Source of the DNA: Salinarimonas sp.
Lineage (GTDB): Bacteria; Pseudomonadota; Alphaproteobacteria; Rhizobiales; Beijerinckiaceae
DNA: 64,000 nucleotides
NCBI GenBank assembly: GCA_051117315.1
Contig: JBNPEA010000045.1
Span: forward strand, 4,842-68,841
Direction: 5' to 3'
Below the pieces are notes generated by a model. The model saw only the letters and a list, made by a program, of their open reading frames with translations. It was not told the DNA's origin and ran no database searches. Position 1 is the stretch's first letter. The number at the start of each line of letters is the position of its first letter. This document shows, piece by piece, positions 37,588-52,883 of the stretch. A program made the position numbers and the translations under genes.

Positions 37588-37815
37588 GCGTTTCCTCGTC
37601 GGGCGCTGGGCGCGCCCTTGGCTCGACGTGATCTCGCCGCAGGTCTGGCCCATCGCGGGCGCCGATGCAAGCCGGGCATCGGCAGAGGAACGGGTCGGGA
37701 CGCCCGCCGTCACCGTGCCGTGAACGCCCCCATCCTTTCGGATGCGCTCCCCGATGATTAGGTCTATATAGCGCGCACCCGCCGCATCCGACGACACGAC
37801 AGACGACAGGAACCC

Positions 37816-40638
<2,823 letters not shown>

Positions 40639-40723
40639 GGACGCGCATCCGGCGCCCGTGCGGCTTCCGCTCGGGCGCCTCGATCGCCTAAGGTCGCGGC
40701 CTCGATTCCCTGGAGAGGCCGCG

Positions 40724-41689
40724 ATGACGAAGCCCCTGATCCTGATGCCGAACCGGATGATGCCGCTCGTGGTCGAGCGGCTCTCCGAGCGCTTTCGCCT
40801 GGGGCGGCTGTGGGAGGAGGCCGATCGCGAGGCCTGGCTCGCGACGCACGGCGCGGATGTGCGCGGCGTCGCCGCGGGCGCCCATTTCGCCGTCGACGCG
40901 GCGCTGATGGCGCGGCTTCCCGCGCTCGAGATCGTGGCGAGCTTCGGCGTCGGCTACGATCACGTCGACGCGGCGGCGGCCGCGCGCCGGGGCGTGATCG
41001 TCACGAACACGCCCGATGTCCTCACCGAGGAGGTGGCGGACCTGACGATCGGCCTGCTGCTGTCGACCCTGCGCCGCCTGCCGCAGGCGGAACGGTGGCT
41101 GCGCGCCGGGCGCTGGCTGGGGGAGGGGCCGTTCCCGCTCTCGCCGACCCTGCGCGGGCGCACGGTGGGCATCCTCGGCTACGGGCGCATCGGCAAGGCC
41201 ATCGCCCGGCGGCTCGACGCCTTCGGCGTCACCGTCGTCTATCACGGGCGCCGGCGCCAGGAGGGCGTGGCGCACCGGCACTACGACAGCCTCGTCGCCA
41301 TGGCCCGCGACAGCGACACGCTGATCTGCGTCGCGCCGGGGGGCGCGGGCACGCGTCACCTGGTCTCGACGCCCGCGCTGGAGGCGCTCGGCCCCGACGG
41401 CGTGGTGATCAACGTCGGCCGCGGCTCGGTGGTGGACGAGGCGGCGCTGGTCGCCGCGCTCGAGGCGGGCACGATCCTGACCGCCGGGCTCGACGTGTTC
41501 GAGGACGAGCCGCGGGTGCACGAGGGGCTGCTCGCCCGCGACGACGTGGTGCTGCTCCCCCATGTCGGCTCGGCCTCGGTGCACACGCGCGAGGCGATGG
41601 GGCGGCTCGTGGTGGACAACCTCGTCTCCTGGTTCGAGGGTGCCGGGCCGGTCACGCCCGTGGCGGAGACGCCGTGGTCCGGCGCGTGA
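40724..41689 (+). CDS. D-isomer-specific 2-hydroxyacid dehydrogenase (glyoxylate/hydroxypyruvate reductase-like)
   Basis: Start refined to the ATG at 40724 (MTKPLILMPN). Contains GILGYGRIGKAIARR, INVGRGSVVDE and LLPHVGSAS. Confidence 0.9.
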   Translation: MTKPLILMPNRMMPLVVERLSERFRLGRLWEEADREAWLATHGADVRGVAAGAHFAVDAALMARLPALEIVASFGVGYDHVDAAAAARRGVIVTNTPDVLTEEVADLTIGLLLSTLRRLPQAERWLRAGRWLGEGPFPLSPTLRGRTVGILGYGRIGKAIARRLDAFGVTVVYHGRRRQEGVAHRHYDSLVAMARDSDTLICVAPGGAGTRHLVSTPALEALGPDGVVINVGRGSVVDEAALVAALEAGTILTAGLDVFEDEPRVHEGLLARDDVVLLPHVGSASVHTREAMGRLVVDNLVSWFEGAGPVTPVAETPWSGA

Positions 41690-41695
41690 GGGCGC

Positions 41696-42631
41696 TCAGC
41701 GCGCGATGATCTCCACCCGACGGTTCAGCGCGCGGCCCTCCTCCGTCGTGTTCGGGGCGACCGGCGCGAGGAAGCCGGCGCCGGCGAAGAGCATGCGCGC
41801 GGGGGCGATGCCGTGGGCGGTCGCCAGGGCCTCGCGCACCGCCTCGGCGCGGCGGTGGGAGAGGCCGAGATTGTACTCGAGGCTGCCCTGGTTGTCCGTG
41901 TGGCCGACGATCACCACCTCGCGCCCCGGCTCGGCCTGGAGGAAGGCCGCCATCTCCGCCAGGGTCGCGGCGCTCTCGGGGCGAATCGCGGCGCTGTCGG
42001 TGTCGAAGGTGATGCCGTAGAGCGCCACGCGGCCGGTCTCGCCGACGGCGCGGGCCATCTCGGCGGCGTCGATCATGCGCAGCTCGAGCGGTGCGGTCTC
42101 GACGACGCCGAGCATGACACGCACCTGCCCTTGCCCGTCCGGCGAGACGATCACGGTCGCGTAGACGTCGCCCTCCTCCGGGCGGGCGAGGCGGGCGGCG
42201 AGCACGCGGTAGTCGAAGCGGTCGACGATCATGCGCGGCAACGGGAACTGGTCGAGATCGTAGGAGATGCCGCCGCAGTCGCGCGTCTCGCAGGCGAGCA
42301 CAGTCTCGAAGCCCCGCTCCGCGAGCGCGGCCTCGACGTTCCGGGCGATGGCGGTGGGGGAGACCTGCTCGGGAATGACGTAGGAGATGCGCGTCACCCG
42401 CCCCTCGATCTCCTGGAACCCGTCCGGCCCCGCGGCGGCGGGAAAGGGATAGACGTCGAACTCCTGGTAGTCGTAGCCGAGGATGCGGCTGCCCTCGTAG
42501 CGGCCGACCAGCGGATGGTCGCGCGCGCCGGCGATGTCCTCGGCGGCAGCCGGCGGGGCGGCGGCGAAGGCGGCGGGGAGGGTGGCGAGGAATGCGCCGA
42601 GGAGTGCGACGAGGATGTGGCGCGCGCGCAT
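41696..42631 (-). CDS. OmpA-family periplasmic/outer-membrane protein
   Basis: Start refined to MRARHILVALLGAFLATLPAAFA (complement of 42629-42631). C-terminal OmpA domain: VIVGHTDNQGSLEYNLGLSHRRAEAV...NRRVEII. Confidence 0.8.
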   Translation of the reverse strand: MRARHILVALLGAFLATLPAAFAAAPPAAAEDIAGARDHPLVGRYEGSRILGYDYQEFDVYPFPAAAGPDGFQEIEGRVTRISYVIPEQVSPTAIARNVEAALAERGFETVLACETRDCGGISYDLDQFPLPRMIVDRFDYRVLAARLARPEEGDVYATVIVSPDGQGQVRVMLGVVETAPLELRMIDAAEMARAVGETGRVALYGITFDTDSAAIRPESAATLAEMAAFLQAEPGREVVIVGHTDNQGSLEYNLGLSHRRAEAVREALATAHGIAPARMLFAGAGFLAPVAPNTTEEGRALNRRVEIIAR

Positions 42632-42714
42632 GGGTCGGTGCTCCGGATCGCTGGCGACGCGCGAGACGATGCCTCCGGGCGCGGGCGACATCAAGGCGTG
42701 GGCGACACAACGCG

Positions 42715-42738
42715 AAAAGGCCGCCTCACGGCGGCCTT
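42715..42738 (-). terminator. rho-independent terminator of the atp operon
   Basis: On the minus strand: AAGGCCGCC-GTGA-GGCGGCCTTTT, about 30 nt after the atpC stop. Stem plus T-run. Confidence 0.7.
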
Positions 42739-42766
42739 CCCTATGCAACGGCGTTCGTCGCAGGCG

Positions 42767-43165
42767 TCAGAGCCCGAGGCTCGCCTTGACGTCGCGCAGC
42801 TGGGCGACCGTGTCGGCCGCTGTGGCCTTGAGGACGGGGTCCTCCAGGGTCTCGTGCTGGGTCTCGGCGCGGGAGATCTCGCGGGAGAGGATGTCGCCGG
42901 TGAGCTCGGAGACCGGCATCGCGCGCTCGGCGAGGACGGTGGCGCCCTTGGGGCCGACGTCGACGAAGCCGCCCTGGACGAGGATGCGCTCCTCGCCCTT
43001 GCCGGAGCCGACGACGAGTGAGCCCGTCTTCAGCGCGGCCATCATCGGGGCGTGGTCGGCGAGCAGTGTCATCTCGCCCTCGGAGGCGGGGATCACCACC
43101 GTCTCGACCTCGCCCGAGAAGATGATGCGCTCGGGAGAGACGAGCTCGAAGGGGAAGCTGGCCAT
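42767..43165 (-). CDS. atpC: F1 ATP synthase epsilon subunit
   Basis: MASFPFELVSPERIIFSGEVETVVIPASEGEMTLLADHAP, with its position after atpD. Confidence 0.95.
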   Translation of the reverse strand: MASFPFELVSPERIIFSGEVETVVIPASEGEMTLLADHAPMMAALKTGSLVVGSGKGEERILVQGGFVDVGPKGATVLAERAMPVSELTGDILSREISRAETQHETLEDPVLKATAADTVAQLRDVKASLGL

Positions 43166-43188
43166 GGGACCCTCGTCGGAATGGGTGA

Positions 43189-43228
43189 CGGGCGCGCCGG
43201 GCTCGATCGCGACGATCGGGCGCGCCCG
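43189..43228 (-). other. strong intercistronic stem-loop between atpD and atpC
   Basis: CGGGCGCGCC...CGATCG-CGA-CGATCG-GGCGCGCCCG, about 16 bp of pairing read directly. Function unknown; mRNA processing/stability or a REP element are possibilities. Confidence 0.4.
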
Positions 43229-43247
43229 TGATGATCGTGCGGGCCGA

Positions 43248-44693
<1,446 letters not shown>

Positions 44694-44710
44694 TCAAGAT
44701 GGCAGCGTGC

Positions 44711-45589
44711 TCAGAGCGCCTCGGCGCCCGAGATGATTTCGATGAGTTCCTTGGTGATCTGAGCCTGGCGCGTCCTGTTGTAGGTCAGCGTCTGCTTCTT
44801 GATCATCTCGCCGGCGTTGCGCGTGGCGCTATCCATCGCCGACATGCGGGCGCCCTGCTCGGAGGCGCCGTTCTCGAGCAGCGCCGAGAAGATCTGCACC
44901 GAGACATTGCGCGGCAGCAGCTTCTCGAGGATCTCCTGCTCGGAGGGCTCGTATTCGTACACCGCGCCGGAGCCGGCCTCCTCGGTCGCGGCCGGGACCT
45001 CGGTGGGGATCAGCCGCTGGGCGGTGGGGATCTGCTGGATCACCGAGCGGAAGCGCGAGTAGAACAGCGTCGCCACGTCGAACTCGCCCTCGGCGTAGAG
45101 GTTGAGCACCTTCTTGCCGATCTCCTCGGCGTTCTCGAAGCCGAGCACCTTCACCGCGCGCAGCTCGATCAGCTCCATGATCAGCTTTCCGTGCGTGCGG
45201 CGCAGGACGTCGTAGCCCTTGCGGCCGACGCAGATGATCTTGACCGTCTTGCCCTCGGCGAGGAGCCGGTTGGCGGTGTCGCGGGCGAGCCGCGAGATCG
45301 ACGAGTTGAACGCCCCGCACAGGCCGCGCTCGGCCGTGCAGACGACGAGCAGGTGCACGTCCGTCTTGCCGGTGCCGGCGAGGAGCTTGGGCGTCTCCGG
45401 CCCGATCTGGACACCGGCGGCGACGTTGCCGAGCACCTTCGCCATGCGCTCGGCATAGGGGCGGGCCGCCTCGGCCTGCATCTGGGCGCGGCGCAGCTTC
45501 GCGGCCGCGACCATCTGCATGGCCTTGGTGATCTTCTGCGTCGCCTTCACGGAGGCGATGCGGTTGCGCAGATCCTTCAGAGACGGCAT
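44711..45589 (-). CDS. atpG: F1 ATP synthase gamma subunit
   Basis: Contains [36 protein letters not shown] and a C-terminal [15 protein letters not shown]. Confidence 0.97.
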   Translation of the reverse strand: MPSLKDLRNRIASVKATQKITKAMQMVAAAKLRRAQMQAEAARPYAERMAKVLGNVAAGVQIGPETPKLLAGTGKTDVHLLVVCTAERGLCGAFNSSISRLARDTANRLLAEGKTVKIICVGRKGYDVLRRTHGKLIMELIELRAVKVLGFENAEEIGKKVLNLYAEGEFDVATLFYSRFRSVIQQIPTAQRLIPTEVPAATEEAGSGAVYEYEPSEQEILEKLLPRNVSVQIFSALLENGASEQGARMSAMDSATRNAGEMIKKQTLTYNRTRQAQITKELIEIISGAEAL

Positions 45590-45631
45590 CGAGCGCCCAG
45601 ACCTCTTCTCGTGTTCAGACCAGGTGAGGAG

Positions 45632-45657
45632 CCTCGCCGCCGGGGCCGGCGGCGAGG
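45632..45657 (-). other. palindromic GC hairpin between atpA and atpG
   Basis: CCTCGCCGCCGG-GG-CCGGCGGCGAGG read directly in the 82-nt spacer. Confidence 0.4.
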
Positions 45658-45671
45658 GTCGTCCTCGGCGA

Positions 45672-47203
<1,532 letters not shown>

Positions 47204-47204
<1 letters not shown>

Positions 47205-47791
47205 CAGCGGGCCTCTTTCAGGCTAAGGCGAATTGCGTTGAGCTTGGTGCGCAGGCTGGCGTCGATCATGCGCGAGCCCACCTTGACGACGAGGCCGCCG
47301 ATCAGCGCCGGGTCGACCTTGACGTCGAGCGACACCTCGGACTGCGCCAGGTCGCGCACGGTGGCGCGGATCTCGTCGAGCACCGCGTCGGAGGGCGCCT
47401 CGGCGACGCGGACCTCGGCGGGGACGATGCCCTTGGCCTGGGCGTTCAGGGCCTTGTAGGCCCGGATCATCTGGAGGAGCAGGAAGAGACGGCGCTTCGA
47501 GGCGACGAGCCGCACGAAGTTGCCGGCGAGCCCGCCGATGCCGGCCTTGTCGAGCAGGGCGCCGATGGCGGCCTTCTGCTCGTCGGCGGTGTAGACGGGG
47601 CTCTTGAGGAGACGGCGCAGGTCCGCGCTCTCGGCGGCCATCGCCTCGATCCGCGCGAGATCGCTCTCCACGGCGTCGACCGCGTTCTGGTCCTGCGCGA
47701 GCTCGAACAGGGCTGACGCGTACCGGCCGGCGACCCCGGACACGATCGAGCCGCCGGACGACGACCCGCCTTCTTGATTTCGCTCAGCCAC
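47204..47791 (-). CDS. atpH: F1 ATP synthase delta (OSCP) subunit
   Basis: No in-frame ATG lies before the conserved [18 protein letters not shown] at the complement of 47789-47791 with upstream GGAAGAG gives 195 aa. Its stop overlaps the atpA start by 1 nt. Confidence 0.85.
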
Positions 47792-48007
47792 CGAAAGTCT
47801 CTTCCCGAATGGGAGCGCTCGGCCGCCGCGGGGCTGCGAAGGAGCGCTCGCTGAGGTCTGGATTTGGCTCGGCCGCAGGAGTGCGAGGCACCCGGCGCCC
47901 GCGAGGCGTGGCTGCGATACCATGGGATGTCAGGGGGCGCAAGCGCTCCGCACGGCGCGACGGCAACGCTTCGCCGCAGCGCGAAAAACGCGTGCGGTAT
48001 GGGGGAA

Positions 48008-48439
48008 TCAGGCGCGCTTGCGCGCCGCCGCTTCCTGGGTCCGTGCGGCCTCCTGGGCCCGGGCCGCCTTCTCGGCGGCGCGCTCGGCCGGGGTCGGGTC
48101 CTCGCGGTCGCGCTGGGGCGGCAGCCGTGGCGGCACGTCCACCCGCTGCTTGAGCTGCTCCATCTGTCGCGCGACCGTGGCGATCTGCTCGATCATCGCC
48201 TGGGCCACGCGTGCGGGCGGGACCCCGGTGTCGCCGGCGAGGCCCTCGGGCGCGAAGGTCCGCGAGACACCCACCGCCTTGCGCCTGTCGGCGAAGGAGG
48301 CGTTCTCCATCGCAGCGATGTAGGCGGCGCAGCCCGCGGCCATTCCGGCGACGCCGTCGATGGCGCTGGCGAGCTTCTTGATGGCGGCGCGGGTTTCTGC
48401 GTCCACGATATTCGACCCCTCGTCTCCCCGTCGGCACAT
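48008..48439 (-). CDS. hypothetical protein with an Ala/Arg/Glu-rich C-terminal tail
   Basis: Only the ORF-track frame with GC3 bias supports it. The start (MCRRGDEG at 48439) is uncertain. No family recognised. Confidence 0.35.
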   Translation of the reverse strand: MCRRGDEGSNIVDAETRAAIKKLASAIDGVAGMAAGCAAYIAAMENASFADRRKAVGVSRTFAPEGLAGDTGVPPARVAQAMIEQIATVARQMEQLKQRVDVPPRLPPQRDREDPTPAERAAEKAARAQEAARTQEAAARKRA

Positions 48440-48575
48440 CCCGCCGACGAGCGACCAGGGTAGGGACGGACCCGTCACCTTTGCGTTAAACCCGACGCAC
48501 AGGCACAGCACGTGGGGTGGACCTGCCGATGTCGCGTTGCGACCGTAGGGCGCGGCGCGCCGCCCCGCGGCGGCC

Positions 48576-49691
48576 TCACTCCGCGGTGGGCGCCGCCGCG
48601 CCGTCGAGCTCGATCAGGTGCCCGGCCTTGTCGCGCTTCGTCGCGAGGTAACGCACGTTCTCCGGGTGGCGCCGGCCGATGCTGCGCAGGTCGGCGACGA
48701 CCTCGAGCCCGGCGGCCTCGAGCGCCGCGATCTTCTCGGGATTGTTGGTCATCACCCGCACCCGCGCGACGCCGAGCTGTCGCAGCATCTCGGCCGCGAA
48801 GCCGAAGCGCCGCTGGTCGAGCCCGAAGCCGAGCGCCTCGTCCGCCTCGTAGGTGTCGAAGCCCTCCGCCTGGAGCTGGTAGGCGCGGATCTTGTTGGCG
48901 ATGCCGTTGCCGCGGCCCTCCTGGTCGAGATAGAGCAGGATGCCGCCGGCGCCCTCCGCCATGGCCTTCACGGTGCTGCGCAGCTGGTCGCCGCAATCGC
49001 ACTTGAGCGAGCCGAACAGGTCCCCCGTCAGGCAGGCGGAATGCAGCCGCACCAGGACGGGCTGCGCAGGATCGGGGCTGCCGACCACGACGGCGACCTG
49101 ATCGCGCATGCCCTCGCCGCCGCGGAACACGACGAACTCGGTCTTGGCCGCGCCCTCGAGCGGCACCGGCGCGCGGCTCGCGATCCGGATGCTGCGCGCC
49201 TGCGCCTCGCGGAAGCCGCGCAGGGCCGGCGCCGCGACGCGCAGGAGGCCGGCCTCGTCGTGCATGCCGGCGGGCAGAGGGATGGTGACGACGGCGGGGG
49301 TGACGAACGAGAGCCGGGCGAGCTCGAGCGCGGCGGCGTCGAGAGCGTCGATCGGATGGGCCGGGGCGTCGAGCCGCGCCTCGGTGCGGCGCGCCAGCAG
49401 CTCGATGCGCTCGGGATCGACGGTCGGCAGCGCTATTGCGCCGGGCTCGGCGCGCTCCTTGCCGATGCGCGAGAGCCGCTTCTCGGTGAGGACGAGCCGT
49501 CCCGTGCCGCCGGCCACCCGCTCCAGGCGCGCGCTGGCGGGCGCGTCGAGATCCTCGACCCCCGTTGCGAGGATCGCCCGGCCGTCCTCCTCGATCACCA
49601 CGGGGCGGGCATGGCGAAACTCCGCGATGGCGCGCTCCACCGCCGTCCGATCCGCTTCGCCGCTCGACCCCACTACCAGACGCGTCATCAC
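48576..49691 (-). CDS. ribA: GTP cyclohydrolase II with a ~165-aa N-terminal extension
   Basis: C-terminal half: VRLHSACLTGDLFGSLKCDCGDQL...LYLDQEGRGNGIANKIRAYQLQ...VRVMTNNPEKI. Confidence 0.85.
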   Translation of the reverse strand: MMTRLVVGSSGEADRTAVERAIAEFRHARPVVIEEDGRAILATGVEDLDAPASARLERVAGGTGRLVLTEKRLSRIGKERAEPGAIALPTVDPERIELLARRTEARLDAPAHPIDALDAAALELARLSFVTPAVVTIPLPAGMHDEAGLLRVAAPALRGFREAQARSIRIASRAPVPLEGAAKTEFVVFRGGEGMRDQVAVVVGSPDPAQPVLVRLHSACLTGDLFGSLKCDCGDQLRSTVKAMAEGAGGILLYLDQEGRGNGIANKIRAYQLQAEGFDTYEADEALGFGLDQRRFGFAAEMLRQLGVARVRVMTNNPEKIAALEAAGLEVVADLRSIGRRHPENVRYLATKRDKAGHLIELDGAAAPTAE

Positions 49692-49871
49692 TTCCCTGGC
49701 CTTTCACACGATGCGGCACAGCCGCAAGGCCGGCCGTCGACGAGAAGCCGTCGCCCTGGCCGTTCGTTCCCGCCGCGCTAGTCTGGTGAGGACATCCCCG
49801 ATCGACGCACGCTCTTGGCCGGCTCGCGTTATATCGGGCGCGATCGGCGCGAGGCAAACCGGGTACGACGA

Positions 49872-50708
49872 ATGAGCGAAGCTGGATTGGGCGGTGAGAT
49901 GGCGGGCGTGCCGCCCGGAGGCGGGCGTCGCGACGCGCCGCGGGCGACGGCGGAGGCCTGCGCGGCCTTCGCCGTGTGGCGGCCGGAGGCGCCCTTCGTC
50001 GTCGGGCAGCTCGGCCAGTCGCTCGACGGGCGCATCGCCACGGTGACGGGGGATTCCAAGTACATCAACGGTTCCGCCGCCCTCGATCACCTGCACGCGA
50101 TCCGTGCGCGGGTCGACGCCGTCCTCGTCGGCGTCGGCACGGCGCTCGCCGACGACCCGCTGCTCACCGTGCGTCGCGTGCCCGGCGCAAGCCCTGCGCG
50201 CGTCGTGCTCGACCCGGGCGGGCGCCTGCCGACGACCGCGGCGGTGTGGCGCGCGGACGGCGTGCGGCGGATCGTGGTTCGCCGTGCGGGAGTCGAGGCA
50301 CCCGTGCCGGCGGGCGTTGAGGTGGTCGCGCTCGCCCCGGACGAGCCGCACGCCGTGGGCGGCGACGGGGCCGGGCGGATCGATCCGCGGGCCATCGTCG
50401 CCGCGCTCGGGCGTCTGGGCATCGCCCGGCTGCTGGTGGAGGGCGGGGCGGACACCGTGTCGCGCTTCCTCGCCGCCGGCGCGCTCGATCGCCTGCACGT
50501 GCTCGTCTCGCCGATGCTGATCGGGTCCGGCCGCCCGGGCCTCACGCTCGCGCCGGTCGAGACGATCGCGCAGGCCTTGCGCCCCCGGGCGCGGGCGTAT
50601 CTGCTGGGGGACGGGGACGTGCTGTTCGATTGCGACCTGCGGGCGGTGGCCCATAGCAGCGGCGCGGGCGCGGGCGCGGATGCGGGCATGGGCGTGGCGA
50701 CTGGCTGA
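49872..50708 (+). CDS. RibD C-terminal (pyrimidine reductase)-like domain protein
   Basis: Contains VVGQLGQSLDGRIATVTGDSKYINGSAALDHLHAIRARVDAVLVGVGTALADDPLLTVR. The start is uncertain (ATG at 49872 or 49815). No deaminase domain. Confidence 0.7.
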   Translation: MSEAGLGGEMAGVPPGGGRRDAPRATAEACAAFAVWRPEAPFVVGQLGQSLDGRIATVTGDSKYINGSAALDHLHAIRARVDAVLVGVGTALADDPLLTVRRVPGASPARVVLDPGGRLPTTAAVWRADGVRRIVVRRAGVEAPVPAGVEVVALAPDEPHAVGGDGAGRIDPRAIVAALGRLGIARLLVEGGADTVSRFLAAGALDRLHVLVSPMLIGSGRPGLTLAPVETIAQALRPRARAYLLGDGDVLFDCDLRAVAHSSGAGAGADAGMGVATG

Positions 50709-50719
50709 GGAGGAACGCG

Positions 50720-51298
50720 ATGGCGAGGACGAAGGACGCCGGGGTCGTGCCGCGCTACGCGGCGGTGCAGATCTGGATCCACTGGCTCACCGCCGTCGCG
50801 ATCGTCGGGCTCGTCGCCGCGGGGCTGACGATGACGCGCATCGGCTCCGGCACGCTGACCAACGCGCTCTACGAGCTGCACAAGTCCTTCGGGCTGATCG
50901 TGGTGGGGCTCGTCGCGCTGCGCCTCGTCGCGCGGGCGATCTACGGCGCGCCGGAGCACGCGCCGATGCCCGAGTGGCAGGCGCTCGCCGCGCGCATCAG
51001 CCACGTCGCGCTCTACCTGCTCCTCGTCGTGGTGCCCCTGTCGGGCTGGGCGGCGACGTCCGCCTGCTGCGCGCCGGTGAACCTGTTCTGGACGGTGGAG
51101 ATGACGCTGCCCGTCGCGCGCGGCTTCGACGTCGCGCGGCCGATCTTCGTCGTGCACAACTACGCGGCCTACCTGCTCGTCTTCGTCGTGCTGGTGCACG
51201 CGGGCGCGGCGCTGCAGCACCACTACCTGCGGCGTGACGACACGCTGGCGCGGATGGCCGGCGGGCGCCCGCGCCGGGTGGGGCTCACGCGGACCTGA
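50720..51298 (+). CDS. cytochrome b561-family membrane protein
   Basis: Contains RYAAVQIWIHWLTAVAIVGL and HKSFGLIVVGLVALRL, with four TM helices carrying the conserved His positions. Confidence 0.85.
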   Translation: MARTKDAGVVPRYAAVQIWIHWLTAVAIVGLVAAGLTMTRIGSGTLTNALYELHKSFGLIVVGLVALRLVARAIYGAPEHAPMPEWQALAARISHVALYLLLVVVPLSGWAATSACCAPVNLFWTVEMTLPVARGFDVARPIFVVHNYAAYLLVFVVLVHAGAALQHHYLRRDDTLARMAGGRPRRVGLTRT

Positions 51299-51339
51299 GC
51301 CTCACCCGCGCGCGGTGTTCGCCCGCGCTTCGCCCGGCC

Positions 51340-51990
51340 TCACGCCTCGACGACGCCCACCGGGCAGGAGACGCCCGTGCCGCCGAGCCCGCAATAGCCG
51401 CCGGGATTCTTGGCGAGGTACTGCTGGTGGTAGTCCTCGGCGAAGTAGAGCGGCCCGGCCTCGCGGATCTCGGTCGTGATCGCCGGGAAGCCTTGCTCGC
51501 GCAGACGCGCGTCGTAGGCCGCGCGCGCCGCCTCGGCGGCGAGGCGCTGCTCGGCGTCGTGGACGTAGATGCCGGAGCGGTACTGCGTGCCGACGTCGTT
51601 GCCCTGGCGCATGCCCTGGGTCGGGTCGTGACCCTCGAAGAAGGCCTTGAGCAGGCGCTCGTAGGAGATCTCGGCCGGGTCGTAGACCACGCGCACGACC
51701 TCGTTGTGGCCGGTCATGCCCGAGCAGACCTCCTCGTAGGTCGGGTTCGGCGTGTGCCCGGCGGCGTAGCCGACGGCGGTGACCCACACGCCCGGCAGCT
51801 GCCAGAAGGCGCGTTCGGCGCCCCAGAAGCAGCCGAGCCCGAAATCGGCGATCGCGGCGCCCGCAGGGTACGGACCCAGCAGCGACCGGCCGGAGACGTG
51901 GTGGCGCTCCGCCGTCGGGATCGGCCGGTCGCGGCCGGGCAGGGCCTCGGCCGGCGTCGGGATGGTGGTCTTCTTGCGCATGAAGAACAT
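51340..51990 (-). CDS. msrA: peptide-methionine (S)-S-oxide reductase
   Basis: Contains the [13 protein letters not shown] active-site motif and [10 protein letters not shown]. Confidence 0.95.
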   Translation of the reverse strand: MFFMRKKTTIPTPAEALPGRDRPIPTAERHHVSGRSLLGPYPAGAAIADFGLGCFWGAERAFWQLPGVWVTAVGYAAGHTPNPTYEEVCSGMTGHNEVVRVVYDPAEISYERLLKAFFEGHDPTQGMRQGNDVGTQYRSGIYVHDAEQRLAAEAARAAYDARLREQGFPAITTEIREAGPLYFAEDYHQQYLAKNPGGYCGLGGTGVSCPVGVVEA

Positions 51991-52083
51991 GGGGGAGGCC
52001 TCCTGTCGGCGTTTCCTCCCATATGGGTGCGCCGCGGGCCGCGGTCGAGGCCCCGCGGGCGAGCGCGCGGCAAGGCGCCCGCG

Positions 52084-52407
52084 TCAGCGCTCGGTGAGGT
52101 AGCCCACCGGCTCGGGCTTCTTCTGCGAGAGCCACAGCAGCAGCGCGCCCAGGACGAAGGCGACGATGGAGGCCGGCCAGAGCAGCACGGTGAGGAGCAC
52201 CGGGTCCCACAGGAAAGGCGAGACGTGGCGGGTGATCGCGGGCTCGAGCATCGGGAAGCTCTGCGGGAAGGCCTGGTAGAGCACCTCGCCGAGCGGCGTG
52301 AACGCGATCTCGTTGTTCGCGATCGAGCGGGTGCCGTCCACGACCAGTCCCACGAAGCCGGCCGCGACGAGGAGGAGGCCGAGGATACGCACGAGGAAAC
52401 GGATCAT
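52084..52407 (-). CDS. small conserved-looking membrane protein (107 aa, about three TM segments)
   Basis: Hydrophobic helices MIRFLVRILGLLLVAAGFVGLVV and LLTVLLWPASIVAFVLGALLLWL. No family name recalled. Confidence 0.55.
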   Translation of the reverse strand: MIRFLVRILGLLLVAAGFVGLVVDGTRSIANNEIAFTPLGEVLYQAFPQSFPMLEPAITRHVSPFLWDPVLLTVLLWPASIVAFVLGALLLWLSQKKPEPVGYLTER

Positions 52408-52630
52408 GGGAGGGGCTCGCGACCGCGGGAGAACTGGGACGCCGCAAGCCTTACCCGCTCGTGTCGGTCGTGCAACAGCGAAATGCTGCTACGCTTTCCC
52501 GCACGGCCCCGCGCCATGCGCGCGTCGCCGCCGCCGCGACGCCGCCCGCGCGCCGCAGCTTGGGGCTTGCGTCGCGGGGGCTCGCGGATATATGTAGCGC
52601 CTCCGCGGGCGGCCCGGCCTCCCGCGATGC

Positions 52631-52720
52631 GGACAGGTGGCCGAGTGGTTGAAGGCGCACGCCTGGAAAGTGTGTATGCGGGAAACCGTATCGCGGGTTC
52701 GAATCCCGCCCTGTCCGCCA
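52631..52720 (+). tRNA. tRNA-Ser, anticodon GGA, with encoded CCA end
   Basis: GGACAGGTGGCCGAGTGGTTGAAGGCG...CACGC-CTGGAAA-GTGTG (anticodon loop)...long variable arm...GCGGGTTCGAATCCCGC-CCTGTCCGCCA. The cloverleaf was folded by eye. Confidence 0.9.
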
Positions 52721-52725
52721 GATCT

Positions 52726-52747
52726 CCCCAGGATCCCCCCAGGATCC
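52726..52747 (+). repeat. 11-nt tandem duplication CCCCAGGATCC x2 immediately 3' of the tRNA
   Basis: Read directly from the sequence. Each unit contains the GGATCC palindrome. Confidence 0.6.
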
Positions 52748-52883
52748 CCCGAGACATCCCGACCCCGCTTGGACACACCCGGGCCCGCCGTCACACCCGC
52801 GGCGCCCGCCTCGGCTTGACGTCGGCGCCGACGCGCGCAGTTACCACGGTCGTGGCGGCTCTCGCCGGGAGAGCAACGACGCA

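Noticed and set aside
49692-49871. Possible FMN (RFN) riboswitch between ribA and the ribD-like gene. The + strand has AGTCTGGTGAGGA, reminiscent of the 3' AGUCUGGAUG-GAGA segment.
   Set aside because: The strongly conserved 5' core (GGGCAGGGUGAAAUUCCC-ACCGGCGGU) and the AGCCCGCGAGC segment are absent on both strands. One short match is not enough. A cmsearch with RF00050 would settle it.
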